Shown here: piece after piece, positions 1 through 7,881 of the stretch
Layout: each line of letters starts with the position of its first letter
Numbering within the stretch: the first letter of the stretch is position 1
DNA from: a virus
Taxonomy: Duplodnaviria > Caudoviricetes
Virus record (IMG/VR): IMGVR_UViG_3300046167_000321
Location: 1-53,379 of that record
Direction: 5' to 3' (one strand)
DNA: 53,379 bases
Notes under the pieces: generated by a model
Seen by the model: the letters and a program-made list of their open reading frames with translations, nothing else
What the model was told of the DNA's origin: nothing
Database searches by the model: none
Made by a program: the position numbers and the translations under genes

Positions 1-779
1 TGCTGCATCACACGTTTGATTGTGCGGCCAGCCATCCCGGCCTCTTCCAATGCCAGCTCGGCCTCGGCTGGGTTGATCTCATTAAGCGCCCAGCGCTGCC
101 AGATGCTCACACGCTCTTTGAACCGCTCGGCCTCGGCTGTCACGAATGCTTTGACCTTGTTAGGATTGAACCCGGAAGTGTGGCGGAATACTGAAGTTTC
201 GAATTCGCCAAACGTCATCCCATTGTCGCAATACCAATCAATGGCCCCGGCATTACAGCGGATCGATGTTCCGCCGAAACCATTGACCACAGCAACCCGG
301 AATTTCAGGGAAGTGCTGCGCCCGGTAAGCTGGCGAATGTCTGCGCCGATCTCAGGAAAAGAATATTCAAACCGGGTAAAACGGCCATTGCGGCTGATGC
401 TTTCCCGCAGCTCGATGTTCTGCAGCGCTCGTGTAGGCAGCGCAGCCTCGCAGCCCTCGGCCAGTTTGGCGGCCAGATCCCCGTTCTGTGCTATTGCGTA
501 CCGTTCACCTACTACACCCAAGGCAGCCAGATTATCTGTGCGGCGGATCAGGCGGCCCACATTCTCAGGAACCCCGGAGAATTCCCCGTGGTGGGTGTCG
601 GTCCCGTTCATCTCATGAAACAGCTCGACAGCCTCGGCTGTGAACCCGGTTTGATCGAGCGCAGGAAACAGGCGGCGCATTGCCGGGCTTGGCTGCTCGG
701 CCTGTTGGCGTTCATGCAGCTTCTGAGCCAGCGAAATAATTTCAGGTGAAAGGTGGCTTAAATTTGTGAAAGTGTTCAT
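1..779 (-). CDS. DUF932/DUF945-like phage early protein, N-terminal part (runs off window start; not in ORF track)
   Basis: Manual translation from ATG 779 (RBS TAGGAG): MNTFTNLSH...RRTDNLAALGVVGERYAIAQN...VVNGFGG...WYCDNGM...FRHTSG...KRVMQ, open to position 1; motifs typical of DUF932. Confidence 0.8.
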   Translation of the reverse strand, partial: MNTFTNLSHLSPEIISLAQKLHERQQAEQPSPAMRRLFPALDQTGFTAEAVELFHEMNGTDTHHGEFSGVPENVGRLIRRTDNLAALGVVGERYAIAQNGDLAAKLAEGCEAALPTRALQNIELRESISRNGRFTRFEYSFPEIGADIRQLTGRSTSLKFRVAVVNGFGGTSIRCNAGAIDWYCDNGMTFGEFETSVFRHTSGFNPNKVKAFVTAEAERFKERVSIWQRWALNEINPAEAELALEEAGMAGRTIKRVMQ

Positions 780-799
780 TTGGTCATTCTCCTAGTTAG

Positions 800-863
800 T
801 GGCCTGTCTCATCAGTGCAGGGTGGCCATTGTCTGCAGACCGGGGCGCTGCCCCGGTTTCGAC
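800..863 (-). ncRNA. Type II hammerhead ribozyme with loop I pseudoknot (HHR-1)
   Basis: Minus strand: gtc-GAAA-C-cgggg(cagcg)ccccg-GUC^-tgcag(acaatggccacc)ctgca-CUGAUGA-gac-aggcca. Complete core and stems I-III; loop UGGCC pairs with tail GGCCA; predicted cut between 838 and 837. Confidence 0.92.
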
Positions 864-1481
864 TTAGTGATTAAACAGCCTTGCCCAGAAACCCCGGCCC
901 CGGCATTCGGCCAGACGCTCGGCCATCATTGTAATTTGATCCTCGGCCCGTGCTCGATCAGCCTCTGCCTCTTCCCGGCGCAGATATTCCTGATGCGCTT
1001 CGTTCTGCCATTTGTTGGCTATGCTGGGATCATTTAACCGGGCAATGGCTGCGGCCTCGTTTAGCTGGGCATTGGCCAGATCATGCCGGGCCTCATCCCG
1101 CTGCGCTTCCATAGATTTGCGCCCGGCCTTCTGGCCCTCATAGCTTTCTTCTAAAATGGCCAAACGATTGTTGGCAAAATTTAATTGTGCCTCGGCCTCG
1201 ACTAAACGCCGGGCCAGATCGTTGCGATCCTTCCGGGCTGATACCAGCTCGGCCCGATATAAAGAATGCACCGGGGCGGATGCTTTCAGGATCTTGTAAA
1301 TGGTGGGGATCGATACAGCGTAACTGTCAGCAATTTCTGCCACAGATGCACCGCCTTGCCTTGCCGATCTAATAGACGGGCCGTTAGCCCATGCCACCGC
1401 TGTCTTTTTAGCAACCCATTTTGTAGGGGCTTGGATGGTGTCGAAATTGTTGGCAAATCCTTTGAGTGTGATCTTGTTCAT
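864..1481 (-). CDS. HTH + coiled-coil protein with C-terminal amphipathic GFWARLF tail
   Basis: ARQGGASVAEIADSYAVSIPTIYKIL resembles a resolvase/Hin-type HTH; long heptad region; RBS TAGGAG. Confidence 0.7.
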   Translation of the reverse strand: MNKITLKGFANNFDTIQAPTKWVAKKTAVAWANGPSIRSARQGGASVAEIADSYAVSIPTIYKILKASAPVHSLYRAELVSARKDRNDLARRLVEAEAQLNFANNRLAILEESYEGQKAGRKSMEAQRDEARHDLANAQLNEAAAIARLNDPSIANKWQNEAHQEYLRREEAEADRARAEDQITMMAERLAECRGRGFWARLFNH

Positions 1482-1529
1482 TTGGTCAGTCTCCTAGTTA
1501 AAATTTGAACAGGCCTCCGGCCCTGCCCC

Positions 1530-1559
1530 CTCTTAACATCCATTTGGTGGGCTTGGCAA
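1530..1559 (-). promoter_or_regulatory. Putative sigma70-type early promoter
   Basis: Minus strand TTGCCA-18-TAAGAG with AT-rich upstream tract, followed by a GC hairpin leader and the RBS of 864..1481. Confidence 0.5.
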
Positions 1560-1588
1560 CACTTTATTAAATCAGGAAACAGAATAGC

Positions 1589-1618
1589 AAAAGCCGCCCC
1601 GGAATTAACAGGGACGGC
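1589..1618 (-). terminator. Intrinsic terminator
   Basis: Minus strand gccgtccc-loop-ggggcggc-TTTT downstream of the 1704 ORF. Confidence 0.6.
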
Positions 1619-1703
1619 CTCAGTGTTTTATAAAGGGGTCAGGCTAATAAATAGAAGACCAGACCCCAGAAGGTCAAAAATCCCAGAACGGTATATATAG
1701 AAT

Positions 1704-1991
1704 TCACCACCTAATCGCTGCCCGGCCCAGCTCGGTTATCTCGAGGGTGCAATCACCCACCCCTCGAACATTGCGCCAGATCTGTTTGTGATTGGTTGTT
1801 ACCCGGCGGGATAAATAACCCCGGCGCAGCAAACCCTCGGCGGCCTTGTCTAATTCTTCTGGGGTGCGCTGCTTTCGATCCCCGGCCTGTGGCCTCGAGA
1901 TAGTAGGGAAGGGAACCGGGCTGCCATCTGATTTTGTGGCGGCATGTATCAAGAGCATGGTCATGACATCAGGAAGGGAATTATCAGCCAT
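1704..1991 (-). CDS. Hypothetical protein, possibly winged-helix-like
   Basis: Likely start MADNSLP overlapping the upstream stop; ends LLRRGYL...LEITELGRAAI, a wHTH-like pattern. Confidence 0.5.
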   Translation of the reverse strand: MADNSLPDVMTMLLIHAATKSDGSPVPFPTISRPQAGDRKQRTPEELDKAAEGLLRRGYLSRRVTTNHKQIWRNVRGVGDCTLEITELGRAAIRW

Positions 1992-2298
1992 TGGATGCGT
2001 CCCCCTCGTTTTCATGGTTGCACCCTTTGTGCTGGCCCTCAGTATTCCCGCCACCCTTGGCCACAGCATAAGCGAAAAATTCATGCTCGATCAGATCATC
2101 CAGATCTGCGGTTTCACAATTTATCTGAATAGATGGGCCATTCATACAGGCGCTGCTAAACTCAGATGACAGGCAGCACATATTGTGCAGCCCGTAATAG
2201 ATGTCGAGGCGGCTGCCAACACGGTTTAACAGTTCACAGATTTGGTTGTTGCTCAGATTATTGGCCAGTTCGCCAATGTCGATTGTCTCAGTATTCAT
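1984..2298 (-). CDS. Hypothetical early protein
   Basis: 104-aa ORF with RBS GAAGGA and the shared TGACCAAATG leader. Confidence 0.6.
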   Translation of the reverse strand: MNTETIDIGELANNLSNNQICELLNRVGSRLDIYYGLHNMCCLSSEFSSACMNGPSIQINCETADLDDLIEHEFFAYAVAKGGGNTEGQHKGCNHENEGDASNG

Positions 2299-2349
2299 TT
2301 GGTCATTCCTTCAAGTTAGATTTGAGCGGAGCCAATCGGCCCCAGCCCG

Positions 2350-2378
2350 GAAATATCAAAATCATTTCAGGGTGTCCA
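2350..2378 (-). promoter_or_regulatory. Putative sigma70-type early promoter
   Basis: Minus strand TGGACA-17-TATTTC followed by a GC hairpin leader resembling the one at 1505-1530. Confidence 0.45.
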
Positions 2379-2537
2379 GAAGAGTGTTCCCAAGCCCGGG
2401 AACTGGGTGCTTTGCGGCGTTGCAGCATGATTGATTCTGCGCTGCAGCATGGGTGTGGCTGGCGGTGTCGGCCCCCAGCACCACTGTGGCTTAGTGTGTG
2501 TATGAATTAAAAACTATGTGTGTTGTAGTTAATTCTT

Positions 2538-2806
2538 GACGTGTCAGTAAAATTAGTAGAAGTATCACCCTGACATAAATTCAAAGGAGCAGTAATGATA
2601 TTAAAAAAGAGCGAAGCTCAAGAATTAGGAAATGCATTGATTGATGCAATAGAATCTATGTCTGATAATGAAGAAAGCTATTATATATGTAGAATGGACT
2701 CTGGGCAGATTTTTAGTGTTAAAGGTGAAGAGGGAGATGATCATGATAATGGATTTGAAACCCTAGCATTCATTAAACAGTAGTAATACATCGACGTGTC
2801 AGTAAA
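2538..2806 (+). repeat. 14-bp direct repeat GACGTGTCAGTAAA flanking the 2595 ORF
   Basis: Identical copies at 2538-2551 and 2793-2806. Confidence 0.8.
2595..2783 (+). CDS. Small acidic hypothetical protein (AT-rich)
   Basis: RBS AAGGAG, 62 aa, followed by terminator. Confidence 0.65.
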   Translation: MILKKSEAQELGNALIDAIESMSDNEESYYICRMDSGQIFSVKGEEGDDHDNGFETLAFIKQ

Positions 2807-2809
2807 TCG

Positions 2810-2831
2810 AGGGGCCTTATGGCCCCTTTTT
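2810..2831 (+). terminator. Intrinsic terminator
   Basis: aggggcc-ttat-ggcccct-tttt. Confidence 0.75.
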
Positions 2832-2836
2832 CTATG

Positions 2837-2928
2837 AAAAAAGGCCCCGCTAAAAGGAAACAAAGCGGGGCCAGTGAGGCGTTGGATCTAACCAACAGGG
2901 AGGAACGAACTAAGGGAGGTTAGTTCGC
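2837..2928 (-). ncRNA. Candidate anti-Shine-Dalgarno sRNA (~92 nt)
   Basis: Promoter TGGACA-17-TAGGGT (2963-2935); hairpin cgaactaa-CCTCCC-ttagttcg; single-stranded TTCCTCCC; hairpin gttgg/ccaac; terminator ggccccgct/agcggggcc-T6. Confidence 0.7.
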
Positions 2929-2976
2929 ATAAACACCCTATCAAACACCCATCAAGGTGTCCACATATATTTTACC

Positions 2977-3005
2977 TTGACTTAGTTAAGTGTCCCATGC
3001 ATGTT
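2977..3005 (+). promoter_or_regulatory. Putative integrase promoter, divergent from the sRNA promoter
   Basis: TTGACT-17-CATGTT; the spacer holds a reverse copy of the GACACTTAA motif. Confidence 0.45.
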
Positions 3006-3036
3006 GGCGGGGCTTATAACTACGTGAGGTAAAGGA

Positions 3037-4128
3037 ATGAAGAGACACTATAAGTATATGCAAAAGGTCAAACTGAAACACGGTATGATCTGGGTCATCA
3101 ACCCATCGAAGGCAGTCAGGAAGGCGCTGGGCGTTGGGTACGAGAAGTACGATACATATCAAGAGGCCAAAGAAAGATCAGTTCAGATAGAGTTGGCCTT
3201 CGATGATTACAAAAGAACACAGCGTCCTACTAAGAAGCTGCACATAGAGGAAGACACAGTGGATTCACTGTTTCAGTTCTACACCAGCCGGGATGCATTC
3301 CAGAGTCTGTCTGAAAACAGCAAGAGAACGTACAGGTTTCTGTACAAGACAGCATCTGATCTGCGTATAGGTCAGTCCAACATACCATTTGGGCGCATGC
3401 TTATTAAAAGTGTGAATGCTAAGACTGCAGACGATCTGTTCTTAACACTGAGAACAGAGAAGAGTGATCATCGTGCCAATAGTGTGGTCAAGGTTCTTCG
3501 TAGAGTATGGTTCGTAGGCCGTAGAGGTATCTTAGGTGATGGTGCATCTAATCCATTCCAACAGATGGGCCTAAAGAAGCTAAACATCAGGCGCACAAGA
3601 TGGATGCCCGAGGACGTGGATGCATTTGTGTCTAAAGCAGATGAACTAGGCTATCAGTCTATAGGTACACTAGCCCTGTTATGCTATGACCTGTGCCAAA
3701 GGCCCGGAGACATGCGTAAGATGGTCTGGGGTAACTTCGATGGTGAGGTCTTTGCCTTCACTCAGGAGAAGACAGAAACTCCACTGACACTAGAATTATC
3801 TCCACGCCTCAGTAATCGGTTTGCTGATATAGTACGAGGCAAGGATGATGAATACATCGTCAAGTATGAGGCCACAGGTAGGCCATACGACATGCGTATG
3901 TATGCCAAGGTGGCACAGCATGTAAGAACCAAAGCCAAGTTAAGCTCCGATCTACAGATCAGGGATCTTAGACGCAGCGGAGCCACAGAGATGGGTGAGG
4001 CTGGATGTACTGAGGATGAGATTGCCGCAGTCACTGGCCACACATCACGCCAAATGCTTGAAATATACGTTAACCCTACACGGAAGATAGCTTCCCGGGG
4101 AATGCAGAAGAGGTGGCAGAATGCATGA
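3037..4128 (+). CDS. int: Tyrosine recombinase / integrase
   Basis: Catalytic set: CQRPGD (R), QEKT (K), RDLRRSG, TGH, IY; attP-like tRNA fragment 1 kb downstream. Confidence 0.9.
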   Translation: MKRHYKYMQKVKLKHGMIWVINPSKAVRKALGVGYEKYDTYQEAKERSVQIELAFDDYKRTQRPTKKLHIEEDTVDSLFQFYTSRDAFQSLSENSKRTYRFLYKTASDLRIGQSNIPFGRMLIKSVNAKTADDLFLTLRTEKSDHRANSVVKVLRRVWFVGRRGILGDGASNPFQQMGLKKLNIRRTRWMPEDVDAFVSKADELGYQSIGTLALLCYDLCQRPGDMRKMVWGNFDGEVFAFTQEKTETPLTLELSPRLSNRFADIVRGKDDEYIVKYEATGRPYDMRMYAKVAQHVRTKAKLSSDLQIRDLRRSGATEMGEAGCTEDEIAAVTGHTSRQMLEIYVNPTRKIASRGMQKRWQNA

Positions 4129-4300
4129 CGTAAATGTGGCTCGGGCAGAGTTTCAACGTGAGTTAGAAAAGATAACAGGATGCAATCAAGTCCAAAGCTC
4201 TCAACTCACAGAACGATTAATAGATCTGTTTAGCACATTGCGAACTGAGATCAGAAAGGTTGACAGTGGCAGAAGCAATCCCCCCGTCGATAATCCGTGA
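4121..4300 (+). CDS. Small hypothetical protein (59 aa, not in ORF track)
   Basis: MHDVNVARAEFQRELEKITG...DNP; overlaps integrase end, RBS GAGG. Confidence 0.55.
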   Translation: MHDVNVARAEFQRELEKITGCNQVQSSQLTERLIDLFSTLRTEIRKVDSGRSNPPVDNP

Positions 4301-4430
4301 GTTAGAGTTCTTAGGTGTACTGGTCCACATGCCACCCTACACCAAGCTGAAACCTGACTTTGATCGTAATAAACCGAAGTATGAATATAAACCAGTTGTA
4401 CTGGATGAGAATGGAGAACCACCCTTTTGA
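4266..4430 (+). CDS. Small hypothetical protein (54 aa, not in ORF track)
   Basis: GTG start, MAEAIPPSIIRELEFLG...DENGEPPF; stop overlaps thyX start (TTGA). Confidence 0.55.
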   Translation: MAEAIPPSIIRELEFLGVLVHMPPYTKLKPDFDRNKPKYEYKPVVLDENGEPPF

Positions 4431-5110
4431 TACAAGTAACATATAAAGACCACATGGGTTCAGATCTATCAGTTGTGAATGCAGCTCGTGTATCGTTTGG
4501 CAAGGAGAGGAAGGCATTAGGGTACACCAGCATTGGCGGTGGTCCTAGTATTCCTGTAATCCATGATACAGATAAAAACCTGATAAAATATCTAGCAGAT
4601 CATAGGCATATGTCTCCCTTTGGTCATGCCTTTGCATCTTTCCATTGTCGTGTGCCTTTGTATGTACACGCTCAGTTAGAGAAGCATAAGTTCCTGCGAG
4701 TTAATACCATCAGCCGCCGCTACGTTGATAGTACACCTGACATCTATATGCCTAATCCTTTCCGCTACAAGGCTAAAGACAAGAAGCAGGGAAGCACAGG
4801 CAATGCTAACAAGGCAGTGATGCATGATGGGTTTGATCAACGTCTGGCTGAACACATGGATCAATCTAAAGAGTTATATCAGGAGATGATTGATCGTGAT
4901 ATAGCTCCTGAGTTGGCCCGAGGGTGGCTGCCTCAGGCTACCTTCACTGAATTTATCTGGTCAGGAAGCCTCGATGCATTTTCTGATATGTGCAAACTAA
5001 GATGTGCTAATGATACTCAACTAGAATCTCGCATGGTTGCAGATGAGATATCAATGAAGATGGAAGAACTGTTTCCTGTGTCTTGGGAATCATTAATAAA
5101 TAGCTATTAA
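4427..5110 (+). CDS. thyX: Flavin-dependent thymidylate synthase
   Basis: GSDLSVVNAARVSF, H.SPF.H, KH...N..SRRY, APELARG.LPQ, LR....TQ.E motifs. Confidence 0.93.
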   Translation: MIQVTYKDHMGSDLSVVNAARVSFGKERKALGYTSIGGGPSIPVIHDTDKNLIKYLADHRHMSPFGHAFASFHCRVPLYVHAQLEKHKFLRVNTISRRYVDSTPDIYMPNPFRYKAKDKKQGSTGNANKAVMHDGFDQRLAEHMDQSKELYQEMIDRDIAPELARGWLPQATFTEFIWSGSLDAFSDMCKLRCANDTQLESRMVADEISMKMEELFPVSWESLINSY

Positions 5111-5189
5111 TTTTGTTGAGGGATAAAAAAGACAAAATATGTCAACACAACACAAAACCAGAGACAGAAAGTCAATAATATCAGTGCTT

Positions 5190-5231
5190 TGGTTGCGGGA
5201 GTAGGATTTGAACCTACGACCTTCAGGTTAT
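5190..5231 (-). mobile_element. attP core: 3' half of a host tRNA-Met
   Basis: Minus strand ATAACCTGAAGGTCGTAGGTTCAAATCCTACTCCCGCAACCA = part of anticodon loop, T-arm, acceptor strand and CCA; 5' half absent; AT-rich flanks with IHF-like TTTCAAtaggTTA. Confidence 0.85.
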
Positions 5232-5381
5232 AGGTCTATTTAATGATTTCAATAGGTTATATAACCTAGATGATTGTGTTCCGATAACTCGGTGTCTAAT
5301 TTAACACTAGACAGATGGTTTTTTCTTGATATAAGTGAGGGGCCGCTAGGCCCCGAACTAACCCCGATAGGGTGTATAACA

Positions 5382-6164
5382 ATGAACTATACTAGAAGTG
5401 ACCAAATAAGCATAATCAAGTCTATAACCCTTAGAGAAGGTGATAGTAAGACACTAGACTGTCCTTTCTGCTATGGACGTAAGAAGTTCACAATCAGTAA
5501 GATAGATGGACGTACAATATGGAATTGTTATAGAGCATCCTGCAGAATTAAAGGTGCATATAATACGGGGCGGTCATTAACCGCTATTCAAAACAATCTA
5601 AATGGTACTGTTAAGAGTACGATTAAGAAGACTAATCAAATACCGCCAATATTATCTGGTATAGATAACAACCCTGATGCAGTTGAATATCTGAAGTCTG
5701 TTAACTCCTATGATGCATACAAGCAGGGACTTATAAGAATACAATACTACCCTGCCCGTAACCGTGTTCTATATTTCAACAACGATAACACAGGTGCGGT
5801 AGGAAGATCATTGGATGGAAGTAATCCTAAGTGGATGAGCTTTGGTAATACCGAGGGTGGAATACAAGTAGGTGATTCTAAGACCGCTGTAGTAGTTGAA
5901 GACGTAGCATCAGCCTGTTCAGTAAGTAGAGTTAAGGGTGTGTGTGGCTATGCCTTACTAGGTACAAACATTACAGCACCTATTAAATCTAAGCTAAGAC
6001 ACTTTAGCTGTGTAATAATAATTCTTGACAAAGACGCTAGTTCCAAGGCATTACGGTTAGCGAAGAGCTTACAATCTCATTTAAATGTTAAAGTGAAGCT
6101 CACAAATGAAGACTTAAAATGGTTAAATGTAAAGGAAATTGAGAATACACTATGTACTTTATAA
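5382..6164 (+). CDS. DNA primase (Zn finger + Toprim)
   Basis: CPFC...NCYRASC, VVEDVASA, LDKDA; likely start MNYTRSD. Confidence 0.88.
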   Translation: MNYTRSDQISIIKSITLREGDSKTLDCPFCYGRKKFTISKIDGRTIWNCYRASCRIKGAYNTGRSLTAIQNNLNGTVKSTIKKTNQIPPILSGIDNNPDAVEYLKSVNSYDAYKQGLIRIQYYPARNRVLYFNNDNTGAVGRSLDGSNPKWMSFGNTEGGIQVGDSKTAVVVEDVASACSVSRVKGVCGYALLGTNITAPIKSKLRHFSCVIIILDKDASSKALRLAKSLQSHLNVKVKLTNEDLKWLNVKEIENTLCTL

Positions 6165-6339
6165 AAGGATGTAAAAATTTAGAAGGATCATGCTTTGGGA
6201 GAAAAGCATCAGATTGGTCAGACCCACATCAGGCTCCACCTATTGAAATGTAATTGATGATTTTTATAGGCGCAGAGGAAAACTGCGGTAACAACAACCA
6301 ACCGTCTAAGCTGCCAGTACAGACGTTAAAGTAAAGGGA

Positions 6340-6549
6340 ATGGCCACAATGAAAGCAAGGGCAATAATACTTATAGACCTAGAATTTCCTAGTTTTAGGG
6401 AAGCAGGTTTGTTTCAAGACAAAATGGATGATGCATTAGAAACACTGATCAAAGACAATAATCATGTTGTAACTACGCAAATGGATTTGAAGGAACGAAG
6501 GGGAGATCATGCTCCTGACATCAAGAAGATGAAGTTCAGAAATAACTAG
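6340..6549 (+). CDS. Hypothetical protein
   Basis: 69-aa ORF followed by terminator. Confidence 0.65.
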   Translation: MATMKARAIILIDLEFPSFREAGLFQDKMDDALETLIKDNNHVVTTQMDLKERRGDHAPDIKKMKFRNN

Positions 6550-6573
6550 ATAATTCAAACTAAAAACGGAATG

Positions 6574-6605
6574 AAAGCCCTGTCTTCGGATGGGGCTTTT
6601 TTTTT
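6574..6605 (+). terminator. Intrinsic terminator
   Basis: aaagccctgtc-TTCG-gatggggcttt then a long T run. Confidence 0.85.
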
Positions 6606-6660
6606 GATTTGATCCGTGTTACTAGGGACACCTAACAATACTAAAAGGGAGTCTAACTAG

Positions 6661-7881
6661 GTGGACCAATCATTACTAAAGAACCTACTATCGAGCGAAT
6701 TCTACAACGACAACAAGTCTAAATTAAAGCGATCCCTGTTTTCAGATGAGGCGGCAGACCTCTATGGGATACTGTGTGATGCACACGAAAAGTATCAACA
6801 TGACCTTTCAACCAAAGAGCTGATGATCTTGTTTGATCTCAATTACCCTGTGGCTACTCGAGCCGAGAAAGAGGTAATTGAAGACCTGATTGGAAGCATA
6901 CAGACCGCCCCGGATGTTTCTCCTGACGTGGCACATGATGCTATCGAGAACCTGTGGCGCAGAGAGATTGGGCGAGAAATTGCCGACGAAGGCATCAACA
7001 TGACCAATGGTCACTACGAAGCCATGAACAGAGTCCGTAGCCTAATTGAAAGATCTATTGATGGATATCTACCAGATGACTTTGGTGATCCTACCACAGA
7101 TGATCTTGATGAGCTTCTAGCTGAAACAGGTGATGATGCTCGATGGGCGTTTAACATTCCTACATTAAGCAGGAGTGTCTACGGCATTGGTGCTGGTGAG
7201 TTTGGCATTATCTTCGCCACACCTGAAACAGGTAAGACTGCCTTTGCTATCAGCCTGATTGCTGGTCCCGGCGGATTCTGTGAGCAAGGTGCTAAAGTTC
7301 TATACCTCGGCAATGAGGAGATAACAAAGCGGACTAAGCTACGTGCCTATCAAGCGTGGACAGGTATGACCCGTGACAGCATCGTGCAGAACCCTGACGA
7401 AGCCAAGCGTAAGTACACCGCTATTAAAGACAGACTGATAATGAAGGACACCCAAGATTGGGATCTAGATCGTATCGAGTCATACATTGAGAAGATCAAT
7501 CCTGATTTGATCTGTATCGATCAGGCGGACAAGGTTCAGATTGCTGGTCAGTATAATGCAGGTCATGAACGTCTGCGGGAATTGTATAGGCGTTTGCGTG
7601 AGACATCCAAAAGGTTCGAGTGTGGCCTACTGGCAGTATCCCAAGCCAGTGCAGATGCGGATGGTAAGACACGACTGACCTATACCATGATGGAAGGTTC
7701 CAAGATTGGTAAGGCAGCGGAGAGTGATCTTATTTTGGGTCTGGGGCGTCATTCTGGTGAGAATGAAGACAACAAACCAGACAACACCAGATTCATAACG
7801 GTCAGTAAGAACAAGCTATCAGGTTGGCATGGCACAATAGTATGCAGCATCGAGCCTGAGGTATCCCGTTATGTTGCATGA
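6661..7881 (+). CDS. DnaB-like (SF4) replicative helicase
   Basis: Walker A ATPETGKT, YLGNEE, ICIDQADK, VSQAS, SKNK. Confidence 0.92.
   Translation: MDQSLLKNLLSSEFYNDNKSKLKRSLFSDEAADLYGILCDAHEKYQHDLSTKELMILFDLNYPVATRAEKEVIEDLIGSIQTAPDVSPDVAHDAIENLWRREIGREIADEGINMTNGHYEAMNRVRSLIERSIDGYLPDDFGDPTTDDLDELLAETGDDARWAFNIPTLSRSVYGIGAGEFGIIFATPETGKTAFAISLIAGPGGFCEQGAKVLYLGNEEITKRTKLRAYQAWTGMTRDSIVQNPDEAKRKYTAIKDRLIMKDTQDWDLDRIESYIEKINPDLICIDQADKVQIAGQYNAGHERLRELYRRLRETSKRFECGLLAVSQASADADGKTRLTYTMMEGSKIGKAAESDLILGLGRHSGENEDNKPDNTRFITVSKNKLSGWHGTIVCSIEPEVSRYVA

Noticed and set aside
16-618. 200-aa plus-strand ORF in the track
   Set aside because: Antisense shadow of the DUF932 gene on the minus strand, which has the RBS and family motifs
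1-2500. Host chromosome flanking an integrated prophage
   Set aside because: Genes are phage early types, both ends continue one gene, leaders match a core-encoded sRNA, and attP is intact internally
5190-5231. Functional tRNA gene
   Set aside because: Only the 3' half is present (no D-arm or 5' acceptor strand, anticodon broken); better explained as attP
6152-6335. Two very short ORFs between primase and the 6340 gene
   Set aside because: 25-33 codons, no clear RBS or motif; cannot support
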